DNA of 64,000 nt from Octopus vulgaris. Lineage: Eukaryota. The stretch lies in NCBI GenBank assembly GCA_951406725.2, contig OX597816.1, forward strand, positions 46,748,001 through 46,812,000, written 5' to 3'. Of this stretch, positions 26,364 through 38,769 are shown in pieces. Every line of letters begins with the position of its first letter. Position 1 is the first letter of the stretch. Both the position numbers and the translations under genes were made by a program. Below the pieces are notes generated by a model. The model had not been told where the DNA came from. It was given only the letters and a program-made list of their open reading frames with translations, and ran no database searches.

Positions 26364-26851
26364 TCATCATCATCATCATCATCGTTTAACGTCCACTTTC
26401 CATGCTAGCATGGGTTGGACGATTTTGACTGAGGGCTGGCGAGCCAGATAGCTGCACCAGGCTCCAATCTTGATCTGGCAAAGTTTCTACAGCTGGATGC
26501 CCTTCCTAACGCCATCAGGGTGAATGCTTACTTTCAAAACTAATTTTTTTAGTGACAGAGAGCACTGCTGTAAGTTAACTGCTGTGACACATATTTCATT
26601 ATCAATCCTCATCTACTCTTGGTATTTTATTTTTCTCTTTATTCCTGGTTAACTTAAGGAGGCTTGCGCTGAAAATTAAAGATCATGTAGCATGTAACTG
26701 CAATGATGTGCATATATATATACATACATGCATACACACACACACACACATACACACACGCACATACACACATAATATGGGTAATTTAGTGATTACACTA
26801 AATGGTATTTCATGCTAACACACTTCTATATATGTGTGTGTGTATAAATAA

Positions 26852-26893
<42 letters not shown>

Positions 26894-29800
26894 TCATATG
26901 CATGTACAAATGTATATGTATGTATATACATATACACCTCTCTCTGTGTGTGTGTATGTATGTATGTATATATATAAATCTTTATAGCTTGTGTTTCAAA
27001 CGTTTATATATTCAGTCTCATGTTTTGTTTTCTTTGTCACTCTACTCTATATTTGTTCTTACACAAATTTTCTTCTTCTCCATATCTCTCTCTCATTTTA
27101 GTTTTATTGTATTATTTTCTTTTTAATTGTCCAATTATATTCCAAACTTTATTTCACTCTGTTCTTCTTGTAAATACATTTAAGGTATTTTGCGTATGTA
27201 TATAATATTGGAAAAAAATAACTATTTTTTTATTACAATGGTACTTGTATATGATTATCTTATCAATATTGCACTTTTTAATTATGGGAAAGAAAATATT
27301 GATCTGTAAATTTTTATTTTATATAACATGATGTGTTTTTTAATTTTATTTTCATATATCTGAATATTTTTATTATCTTCTAATTTTTCATGCGTACAAC
27401 ATATGCTATATATATATATATATATATATAAATATGTATATATACAAAGAGAGGGGTAGATATATATTATTTGAAATGTAAGGTTTATCTTTTTAATAAG
27501 CATACAATGTACCTCACCACTGTAAAAAGGTAAACATTGGTTATGCACATATTTTATCTCTCCTAAGACAGAAAGAAGGATCAATCTTGATAGTTTCTGG
27601 TCTTATTAAACTATCATCAGAGAAAGATTGCCCAGAGAGAGTAGTAGCTCATAGCTATTTATAGTGGATACAAAGAACAGTGACCTAACCCGGTCTAATC
27701 TGCATTACAGTGCAATAGTGTGCTTTGTAGTGCACTATTATTTAAGCATGCACTACACAGCGCTTTCTTGGAGGTGGCAGCAATTTGAAATGTAAGATAT
27801 ATCTTTTTCAGAAGCATACGGTTTTTGCCTCACTGTGAAAAGTTGGCAGATGTATTATCTGTCTTTGTTGAGAGTCTCATAATCCCTTTTTCTGCTGTCA
27901 GAGAGTAGGAAAAAAAACCTCTGATGTAACCACTTTGATTTCTTTTCACAGTGACGCTTAATTGTGTGAGCATCAAAACAGTATAGCTTACATTTCAAAT
28001 AATCCTAAGTACACTATTAATTTTATATATTCATACATATATACATGTTTGTGTATACAAACATGTGCACGCACATGGAAGTATGTGTGTATTCACATAT
28101 ATACATATATACACACATTTTATATATGTATGTACATAAGTACGCACATATATATATATATGTTGTGGGATATGGTGATATCAGTGACATAACTTTGAAA
28201 CTATTCATGTTTTTTTTTATTGTCCACACAAGAAGGGGGTCAGAAACGACAGTGAACCCCAGGGGACAACTCAAGAATATCAATGTGAATAGCTTCATCA
28301 GTTTCATTGTAACCTAACTTTACTGGCAAAAATATTGACTTACCTACAAAAAAGAAATTAAGATACCATTTGGGGAAATTCTACTTCTAAGGAATTTTGT
28401 TGTTATTGTTTTTGTATTTATTGAAAAGTTTTTAATTATATGAATAATATTGGCAATGTGTATAATCTAAAATCTACTAGATTACAAAAACTTTAATTTG
28501 TTGTTATTGATGAACTCTGAGCAGATCTATAATATCTATGATCAAGCATTTTTTTTCTTCCTGGTACAGTGATTAAAGCTACATTGTGTGCTATGCCCTT
28601 AAGGCAATAAGATCTGTGGAGGATTTGGCTGCTGCTTCCTGTGGATTGAACAACAATTTATGTTGAGTCTCCTACATTGACTCAGAAAGCCTCATTCTTC
28701 CACTTAGCATTGCGATTATTTAATCATTCCACTGTGGCTATTACTGTTATTCTATTGCCATAAGTGTTGGAAACTTTTTAATGTTTGTGTTGAGTAACTT
28801 CTAAGTAACATTTGCAACTTTGTGATACTGTTGTTGCTTGTTAAAAATCGTACTTATTCAACAGAAATACAAATGTATAATGGAGCTTTATTTTCCATAA
28901 AAAAAAAAGTAAACTTTAGTTTATCTTTTTTTTAATGAGTAAATCATGTGAAACAATTCTCTCTCAAGTTGATAAATATTATCTAATTGCAATTTTGTTT
29001 TAAAAATATTTTATCAGCCATGTTGATGAAAAAGCTTTCCCTATCTTCATAAGCCTTCATTTTAAACTAGATATAAATTCATATTAGATCATGGATTAAA
29101 GTATGACAGAAAATTTTGATTGATTTGTAAAAAATATACTTTTGTCTTCGTTTTTAATAATCTATTTAAGCTATAAATCTAAAGATAATTCTTAGTTTGG
29201 AAATGTAGAAACTGCACTTAGATTATTCTTTTATTACTAATATCGTTATAAACATTCTGGCCAATGATGATGTAATTCAGATTTGGGAATTCATTGTTAA
29301 ACCTTGTATTAAATTAGCCACTAAATTCCAACAAAAACACTAGAACTGTCAAAATAGGTAAAAATGCTTTTACACTTAAAATATAATGGGGGAATATAAT
29401 GGTAAAGAATAGGATTTATATAACCATTGCTACTGAAGAAACTTTGTGTAAGTTGCAAACTAGTAATGTATAATAGATTTACTATTGTTATATGTAAGAT
29501 ATTTCTAATATCTGTATGAACTGTGCTCTGGGGTAAGTATTTAAGAAAGAAAAGTAGTGAGGTCAAGGTTGTTGAAGAATTTACCTAACTTTTAGTTTAC
29601 ATCCATGTCATAGTAGTTAGCTCTAGTTTATGCTGATTGCTTTCTTAGTTAATGTAATAAAAAGAACTTGGTAAAGAGATATTAAGTTTTGTTATTAGAT
29701 TGTATCTCTTTCATTGACCCTGTCTTCCAAAGGAGACTAAAAGACTTGTCATTCATAAATAACAATAACAACAACAACATTAAAAATTCCATCCCACCTC

Positions 29801-30579
29801 CATTTCAAATTTAGCTAAGTTCTCCACTTACTCTAGTTTTCTTGGAGACACACCATTTTTGCATATCAACTGCTTTATGGTTGTGAAATTATTTTGAATT
29901 TTAATTTATTTTTTTTTTTTTTTACACAATATTTTAAGGGTGCTTTTATTAATGTGATTATTTGTTAACTCTTCAAATTTCAGGTTGTTGTTTTTTGTTT
30001 TTACTGTTTTACCATGTTACTGTATTATCCTTTGGGAAGTGGGGCACAAAGTACGAATGTTTATATAATTCAAACTTTATAAGTTTCTTTATAGATGTAA
30101 TGCAGGCCAGGCCAATAGCTCAAATGCATGTTCACCTTTTGTAGGACCTTGTAGCAATGTAAAATGGCATAATACTTTTCAGAAGTAAAACCATATGTTA
30201 GGATTAGTTATTAGATGTTAAGCTGTTCTGCTGTGAAATCAACCATTAGGATTACGAACACATGTTCTTTGATTTTGATAGTAAAAATATTAAGCAAGTA
30301 AAAAGATTTTCCTTTGTGTGTCCTCTAATAATTTTCTCTAGGATTGGTTTACTACTGAGTTCAAATATTTTACCACTTCAGGTCTAAGCAGCAGTGGAAT
30401 TTTTGTCTTTTAACTTGTAACAAGAATATGAGATTTTTAGAAAATAGTTTAAGGTATAAACAATTTATTAACAAAGCTATTTCAGCTTTTAGTTCTTCTT
30501 ATAATATAGTTTGACTAACCAATCGCTGGTAGAGGTAGAAGAGAGGTGACATTTTAGTGTTTAAATTTAAAATATTGTT

Positions 30580-30611
<32 letters not shown>

Positions 30612-31223
30612 TTTGTTTCCTCACTCACCTACTTAAGGCTAATCAAATCTGTTTAAATGTTTGTTGATTTTCTTTCCATGTATCAGCAGCTGTAAAGATT
30701 ACATCAGATCCGGTGCTGAATTTTCAGTAAGTTGTCTGTTTTCAGACCAAGCTTTATTGCTGAGTAGATTTAAACAAAATTGGAAAAAAAAAAAATAATA
30801 ATAAACAAAAAAATGTATAAATCTATAAAAAAAAGTATTCACTCCTTTTCTATAAATAAATAAAAAATATCTGATATATAACGACACTTTTTCCCCAGGA
30901 ATACTCTGATTTGTAATAACAACATTGCCATCTTATGGTAACTTATGATTATTACTCAATAAAAACCATACAAATATCTCTCTATTTGTCTTTTATTTTT
31001 TGTCTTTTGTGACACTTTGCTTGTTAATTTGTCTTTACTTTTAGAGTTAATGTGTATATACATATATGTGTATATACATAGGTGCAGCTGTGGCTGTATG
31101 GTATCCCAACCACATGGTTCTGGGCTCAGTCCTACTGTGTGGCACCTTGGGCAAGTGTCTTCTATTACCTTGGGCCAACCAAAGCCTTGTGTGTGGATTT
31201 GGTAGACGGAAACTGAGAGAAGC

Positions 31224-31263
<40 letters not shown>

Positions 31264-32894
31264 TTTTGTCTTGACAGGTTCGATAAACAAACGAAAGAAC
31301 TAATGAAGAATTATCAAAAATTCTGACTGCCTCCTTTTTCTCTCTATATATGTATGTGTGTGTGTTTGTCTCCCCACCCTCGCTTGACAACCAATGCTGG
31401 TGTGTTTATGTCCCAGTAACTTAGCAGTTTGGCAAAGAACTGATAGAGCAAGTACTAGGCTTACAAAGAATAAGTCCTGGAGTCAATTTCTTCAACTAAA
31501 ACCCTTTAAGGCGGTGCTCCAGCATGGCTGCAGTCGAATGACTGAAACAAGTAAAAGAGTATACCTTGTATCATTTACTTGTTTCTGTTACTTGACTGCA
31601 ACCATGATGGGACTCTGCCCTGAAGGTTTTAGTCCAGTCATGGGCAAACTGCAGATTGTGGGACTTTCTAAATTACCTTAAATTTTTTTAGTGGTGCAGC
31701 CAGCCTGATGCTAAGCCATGTCTTATTTGGTTCACTTCACAAATAACAGTTGCCTGTGCATGGTATGGTTGAACAAATTGACCCTAGAACTTATTTTTTT
31801 AAGTCTGGTACTTATTTTATTAGTCTCTTTTGCCAAACTGCTAAGTTATAGGGACATAAACCAACACCAGTTGTCCAGTGGTGAGCGGGAGATATACAGA
31901 AAAAAAAGGGTTAAAGGTGATTTCATTGATATTTCTAGCAATTCATGTGACCACATAGAGGCTTCACTTTGCTTCAGATCTGACTAAGAATTTGGAAGAG
32001 GCAACAGGAAACTATTGCAGCACCTTGAATCACTAAGTAAAAGTGAGGTTTTCAATGGAGCTTCTATGATCCTTCAAGATTATGTAACAACTTTATATGA
32101 TCTAGGAAATACATGTACATAGTGAATTTCTCAGATGAGTATCTTATACCCATGTTAATTTTTTTTTTATCAGTTTTATGTCCTTTCTACTATGCTAACA
32201 TGGGTTAAATGAATATATTACTGAGATTTTGTTTTTTCACACTTAGACACATTTTCTGTCATTAACCCATACCTCGAGTAAAGGTTCTCTTTCTTTCACT
32301 CATCTTCAAAGATACAAAGCCAGTGAACAATGTGTTGACGGAACATATAACACTGTCACTGTGAAAGGCGGCAAGCTGGCAGAATCGTTAGCACGCCAGG
32401 TGAAATGCTTACTGGTATTTTGTCTGCTGCTACGTTCTGAGTTCAAATTCTGCCAATGTCAACTTTGCCTTTCATCCTTTCAGGGTCGATTAAATAAGTA
32501 CCAGTTACGCACTGGGGTCGATGTAATCGACTTAGTCCCTTTGTCTGTCATTGTTTGTCACTGCTTGTAGGTAAATGATTTTTAGAAATGTACAAATGCA
32601 AATAATCATGGACTCCCGTGTGCACACATATATGCATCTATCTATTTAGATATATATACGTACATATCAGGAAAAGGCAAAAGAGGGGACAGGAAGTAGC
32701 AGTAACTCAAACAAAGAAAGACAACATTGATAGCCAAAAGTGCATCCATGGTACAAAAAGAACAGTGAAAAGTAAAAGAGCCAGAGAGTGGAAAAGGTGC
32801 ATAGGCACGTCTGGAGTGGTATTGGCAAATTTGGGGAAGCATGAAATTTTTGAAGGATGCAATGTCCTGACAGTTACTAACTGCTATGACAATT

Positions 32895-33415
32895 CATCAT
32901 CATCATTTCACATCCACTTTCCATGCCAGCATGGGTTGGACGATTTGACTGACGACTGGCAAACCAGTTGGCTGCACCAGGCTCCAATCTGATCAGGCAG
33001 GGTTTCTACAGCTGGATGCCCTCCCTAATGCCAACCACTCTGAGAGTGTAGTGGGTGCTTTTACGTGCCACCAGCACCAGGGCTAGTCAGGCGGTACTGG
33101 CAACGGCCACACTTGGATGGTGCTCTTAGCGCTCCACTAGCACGGATGCCAGTCATCAAATTTGATTTCAATTTCACTTGCCTCAACAGGTCTTCGCAAG
33201 CAGAGTTTAGTGTCCAATGAAGGAAAGATACGCATAAGTGAGCTGGTTAGACCCCTGGCATAGGCCACAAGGTTATGGTCACACTTGGCTTGCTGAGTGT
33301 TCTCAAGCACAGCATATTTCCAAAGGTCTCGGTCACTAGTCATTGCCTCAGTGAGGCTTGATGTTTGAAGGTCATGCTTCATCACTTCATCACAGGTCTT
33401 CCTGGGTCTACCTTT
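32895..33415 (-). mobile_element. RTE-clade LINE 3' fragment
   Basis: GRPRKTCDEVMKHDL peptide; same 3' UTR and (cat)n tail as 41639-42500. Confidence 0.85.
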
Positions 33416-33479
33416 TTCATGGTCACAAAAATGGTTTCTGAAAGTCATAAGTATTGTGCTGGTTTTTCATTTGCTGAAA

Positions 33480-34450
33480 CACCATTGATAATAAATATGC
33501 TTGGTCAAACTTTCTGGGCTTTTATTTTTACAAGCATATCCATGGTTATCAGATATATCAAATTCAAAAATGTGGCCAAAACTGTTATTGGGAAAATGGT
33601 GGATGATCTTGTGGGCTCCTACATTTACTGCAAGACAAAAGCTTTAGTGTGTCAACGTCCAGAGAAGCAAGATGTTCAAGATATGGTAAGTGACTGAAGG
33701 AATGTATTTATCTGGCTGCACATCTCTAGACAGCTTCCAATAGTTTGATATTCTGACTAGAATAGGATTTCCAGACTAGAAATTTAACTTGTGAGAACAT
33801 ACCACAGGCATAAATAGCCAGGGAGTGGATGAGAAAGATCTGAAGAATGCAAAGATATCTTAAGGTTTTTTCAAAGATTTTAGAAAAGTAGTTCATACAA
33901 TGTAGTTCATTGACAATAATGCTTAGGCCACTTTTACTAGCAGACTTCTCAAGGTTGGTGTTGTGGAGGAAGTAATTTTAGGTGATTCTTTCCAAAATTG
34001 TATGGTATGATGAATCCTGAAATTTACTTGTTAACAGTCAACTTGAGTAGTCAATCAACAATCCGTTGCCACATTGTGACCAGGTCAGATTACACAAAAG
34101 ATCTATAGCATTCATTCTTTCTATCTCAAGGTACAGCTTAATGTCATTTGCATATTTTAAAACAGCAACATGTTTAAAGTTGGTTTCTGTTTCTTTAATA
34201 TATGCTACAAAACACATGGGACCAAGAGGAGATCCCTGCAGGACAACAAATATCATTACAGAAGATGCAGAATGTTGTCCTTGCACAGTGACTACCATTT
34301 TTTGACTGAGAATGGACTTAGAGTTATAAAAATTAGACCCCACAATCATTCCAGATCATTTCATCATGAGTCCTTTGTGTGACACAGTATTCTAGGCTTT
34401 GCCAAAGTCAAGATAGATAAAATCCACCCAACATCTGCAATCTGTGATTT
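33480..34450 (-). mobile_element. Degenerate CR1-clade LINE RT fragment
   Basis: Minus-strand WVDFIYLDFGKA*NTVS, QGSPLGPMCFVAYI and KYANDIKLY, with stops and frameshifts. Related to the 49107 element. Confidence 0.85.
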
Positions 34451-34615
34451 AAGGAGTTGTCTTTGAGAAGGTTGATGAGTTGGCCACAACAGCTGGAGTT
34501 AGGGATAATTCCAAATGATAGGAAAGAGAAACAATGATTGAAATGAGAGGGTGATAGAGGAATAAGCAATGGAAGAAAATTTTGTTGTATTTCAGGAGAC
34601 TCATTATGCCAGTAA

Positions 34616-35035
34616 TCTCTATATATAAACGGCAGTTTGTCTGTCTGTGTGGCTGTCAGGTTGTACCCTCACCCTGACCATGGCTTTCAACCGATTCTGA
34701 TGAAACTTGACACACACATAGCCCAATGTCATAATTCAAAACTAACGCAGTGAAAATTTTGAAAAGTTCCCCCAGTTCTGAAAAAAATCAATAAATTCGA
34801 CATGGGGTCCAGAATCTAAGCTTTTCATATGCAACACATTTTCTGTTGTAGTTTTCGCATCTTGCAATCGGGAGACAGCTAGGAACATTGTATACATAGA
34901 AGTATTTGAGTGAAGAGAAGACATTGCAACCTACACATGCGCCTTCATTCCCTAGAGGGAAAGAACTAGATTGGGATTAGTCGTTGCCTACTAGGGGCTC
35001 TTACATACCCGGGCAACGCCGGGCTATGCTGCTAG
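34616..35035 (+). mobile_element. Non-autonomous Helitron
   Basis: 5' a|TCtctatatataaa, (gtct)n, 3' hairpin cccgggcaacgccggg then CTAG|t. Inserted between A and T without a TSD. Confidence 0.85.
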
Positions 35036-36710
35036 TATACAATATACATTAGTTCAGTTTCACTTTTATTATTATTATTAGTCAACTGGTTAATCATTTA
35101 ACGAATTAACTAATTATATGGTCAATCAGTTAAATTCATCAAAGTTCTTTAATCACCATTCACAGCCTCATCAATGACATGCTCTCTGTATTCTAGGCCT
35201 GCTTCAGGTCTCAATCAACAAAATGTGTGAACACATGAGCTCACATCATGATACAAAGCCACATGTTTTAAAATTCTATTTGAATTTAATCCTTTGTGCT
35301 AGTTTTATTTACAAGCATTTTACTGTATCCAAGCATCAGCTTAATGATAAAGTAACTTTATTATACACCTCCAAATTCTTTATTTTCAAAATTAATTGAA
35401 ACCTAAGCAACTGCTCTGTCTCTGTAACAATCATACAATTATATCTTGAAACCTGTGAGTTTGGATAAGTTTGTATGCTGTGGGGAGGCAAAAATACATT
35501 TGGAATTGATTTGAGAAAGAAATTCTGTATAATGTCTCTTCTTTAATAGCTATAACAATTAATGTGAGACAGTTGACCTACAAATAGCCAAATCTTTCCA
35601 AGGGTAGCCAGTACACCTGGAAAATACATTAAAAAAATCAAATTCTCTCTTTCTCTCTCTCTACTTTCTATCTAGTTGCTAAGTAATAGTCAAAATTATC
35701 TCTTCAATGACCTCCTCTGCACACCACCTCAGTACTAAGCAATTAACTAAATGGAGCCAGCAAATGAATCACTCATAAGAAAAGTGTTCGCTCTTGACAT
35801 CCTGTCTTTTAAGTATGTAACACTTGGTTGACACACTTGAAGTGTTTGCTGATTTGCTGTGTAACTTACACCAGACTAGATAAGTACAAGCATTTATAAA
35901 GATTTTTTTAAAAAATTAAACAAATATCCAAATTAATGTTAATAATACATTGAAATTAATTTGGTTATGTTTGATTTTTTTGTTCCTTATTTTTTTTTAA
36001 ACTTTCCTTCCTTTGTTAATGTTACATTTTGTGTGTGATCCTATGTTCAATAACAACCATATTTTTGGCATAAAGTCAGCGTAATATATAGTGTAAATGT
36101 TCCCACATCATCCCAATTTTTCCAAATCCTGCAGCATTTCACATGGAATATTTGATCTTCCAAAGTCATCTAGGTTTAAATATTAACTTTAATTTTTTAT
36201 GGCTGTAAATTTTGGTCTGAAAAATTTGACTTGTATGCCAAAAAATATGGTACTCAGTTTTTTATTTTATTGTCCATAATACTCCAGAATTTCATAACCC
36301 AGTTGTAAAATTTGAGTTTGTTATATGTTGCCAAACATATCTTGTACATTTTTTCTCTTGTAGCTCATTTTTAAATATTTCTTTTGTTGATTTCCAATTT
36401 TTCTTTTTATTAAACTGTTGAAATGTATTTTGAAATTTACTGATTTTGTAATATTTGAAAGCAAAATTTAGTTCAGTATATCCATGTCTGAATTCATTAC
36501 AATTTCAGAGGAAAGGAATCCTTAACAATCATGTTCCTTTTGATATCACAATTTCTGCCTTATGGCTGAATACTGGGCCTTCTGTTATATTATTTAATTA
36601 TTTGGGATAAAGCAGTGAGCTGGCAGAACCATTAGCACACCTGACAAAGGAAATTAGCAGCATTTCTTCCAGCTTCTTATACTCTGAGTTCAAATGCTGC
36701 CAAAGTTGAC

Positions 36711-37330
36711 GGATCTTTTCCTTTTGAATGGCACATATCAACACAATTTCTAGCTAACTAAACACTTTAAAACTTCGTATACTGGTAGAATGTGTCAAAA
36801 TAAAACATTTTTTTCTCTTGGCTTTCTTGATAAAATTATAATTTGTAAGTTTAACGTAGTTTAATTTTTCGAATTTTAACCAATTAATTGCCTCTAATTG
36901 AGCTAAAATCATTTGCTGCGTCTAAAACTGAGACAACATCCTGTCACTAACCCTAACCCTCACCCTCACCCTAACCCTAAATTTTAGCCTTTCGGGGTTT
37001 TTTTCTTAATTGTTAAATTAATTTAAGGATAACAATTAAGAAAAAAAACAATTAAGAAAAAAAAACGAAAGGCTAAAATTTTGGGTTAGGGTTAGTGACA
37101 GAATGTTGTCTCAGTTTTAGACGCAGCAAATGATTTTAGCTCACTAGAGGCGATTCATTGGTTAAAATTCGAAAAATTAAACTACGTTAAACAAACGAAT
37201 TACAATTTTCTCAAGAAAGCCAAGAGAAAAATATGTTTTATTTTGACACATTCTACCAGTATACGAAGTTTTAAAGTGTTTAGTTAACTAGAAATTGTGT
37301 TGACGCGTGCCGTTCAAAAGGAAAAGATCC
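36711..37330. mobile_element. Fold-back DNA transposon (Merlin-like MITE) with about 300-bp TIRs containing (CCCTAA)n/(TTAGGG)n
   Basis: Termini GGATCTTTTCC...GGAAAAGATCC. Perfect 8-bp TSD aagttgac (36703-36710, 37331-37338). Interrupts a SINE. Confidence 0.85.
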
Positions 37331-38049
37331 AAGTTGACGTTACTATTTATCATGTAGGAGTTGATTAAATAAGTACCAGTTTAGCACTGGAGTCAATGTT
37401 ATTGACTTCCCCACCGATCAAAATTTAATATCTACCATTGAATAAGTAATAAATATCAGTATAGTAAAATATTTGACATTGAATTCAAACTGAAGTATCT
37501 ATTATATATTGCTGAAAGCCTTCAAGAGAAACTACTTTGTATAATGTACAAGAAAGAAAAATAGAATAAAAAGATGATCCATTGTTGGTTACCACACTGA
37601 ACTGATTTATAATAAACCTTTTAACCTTTTGATAAGGATTTAAAGTAAAAGATTAAGATTAATATAGAGATTTTGAAGTATTTATTTACACTCAAAGTTG
37701 TTACCAGTGATCATAGATAACTGACTTAGTATCCAACACTTCAGCATAAATCAAGAAATCTGCAAGTGACCTCAGCATCAAGGAAGGATGATTGAAAGAA
37801 GCAGCCTCCCAGCTGTGAGGTCATAACTTGGGATCCCATGGTACCAGTGCAGGTTTCTGTCATCTAACCAAACAGCAAACAAATTCAGGTGAAGCTGTTG
37901 CAGTATTGAAATAGCCTAAGAATTAAATCTAGGTTCACCAGGATTAAATCACCTTTACTTAAGTATTTAACTTCTACAGAGATTAAAGTATTTCAAAAAC
38001 CAATATTCATGCTACAACATAGATAGAATTCAAAAACAAGAACTTATTC

Positions 38050-38275
38050 CTTCCGGTCTTTCAAAATGTGACCTCGTGTGTACCGTTGGAGATTTTTTTT
38101 TCCTCTGTCTTCCCTTCTCTGGATCTTTGCTTCTCCTATGTTTCTGATGAAGAGCTCTGCTCGAAACGTTAAACCCTCCTTCTTTCCTTCTTTCCTGAGC
38201 GTCCAATAATACTATATTTGTTCCACGTCCTCGCATTGTTGTGTTTTTTTTGTGCTTTCTTGTTTGGATAAACTT
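38050..38275 (+). mobile_element. Penelope-like element terminal fragment
   Basis: Same sequence as 620-802 in the opposite orientation. Contains a minimal hammerhead motif and ends at TA-rich simple sequence. Confidence 0.6.
38140..38174 (+). ncRNA. Minimal type I hammerhead ribozyme motif
   Basis: gttt-CTGATGA-a-gagc(tct)gctc-GAAA-cgt-t-aaac: stem I gttt/aaac, stem II gagc/gctc, palindromic acgt in place of stem III. Confidence 0.65.
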
Positions 38276-38706
38276 ATATGTATATATCATCATCATCATC
38301 ATCATCATCGTTTAGCGTCCGCTTTCCATGCTAGCATGGGTTGGACGGTTCAACTGGGGTCTGGGAAGCCAGAAGGCTGCACCAAGCCCAGTTTGATCTG
38401 GCAATGTTTCTACGGCTGGATGCCCTTCCTAACGCCAACCACTCCATGAGTGTAACTTCATGGCCTCATTAACAACATTTCTAAAATCTACATATAGGCA
38501 GTGGGTGGATTAATTTATTAATATCAATATTTTATTATTTTTAACAAGAAAATTGTTTTAACTGCAAACTATTGTCTACATTTAGTGACAATGTGTAACA
38601 TTACTACTACTACTACTACTACTTGCACCACCACAAGTACCTATACCCTGCTGTAAAATCAACTATAACAAATTCTTTACTATCTTTAAACAAATTCTTT
38701 ACTATC

Positions 38707-38769
38707 TTTAAGCAAGAGTTTTACTTTTAAAGATCATGATGATCTTTAAAAGTAAAACTCTTGCTTAAA
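38707..38769. repeat. Perfect palindrome, 31-bp arms, 1-nt spacer
   Basis: tttaagcaagagttttacttttaaagatcat-g-atgatctttaaaagtaaaactcttgcttaaa, preceded by a tandem duplication of about 22 bp. Confidence 0.95.

Larger units (their letters stand above)
23215..30963 (+). other. Putative long 3' UTR of the KASH gene
   Basis: U-rich and TE-poor relative to the flanks. AATAAA at about 24154, 24292, 24454, 29656, 30855-30864 (tandem) and 30958, after which TE density rises abruptly. The end point is inferred. Confidence 0.45.

Noticed and set aside
34695-34710. ctgatgaaac as a hammerhead core
   Set aside because: There is no stem II between CUGAUGA and GAAA. It is part of a common Helitron internal motif.
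36945-37095. Chromosome-fusion or true telomere remnant
   Set aside because: The arrays are only a few units long and lie symmetrically inside TIRs bounded by a TSD, so they are part of a transposon.
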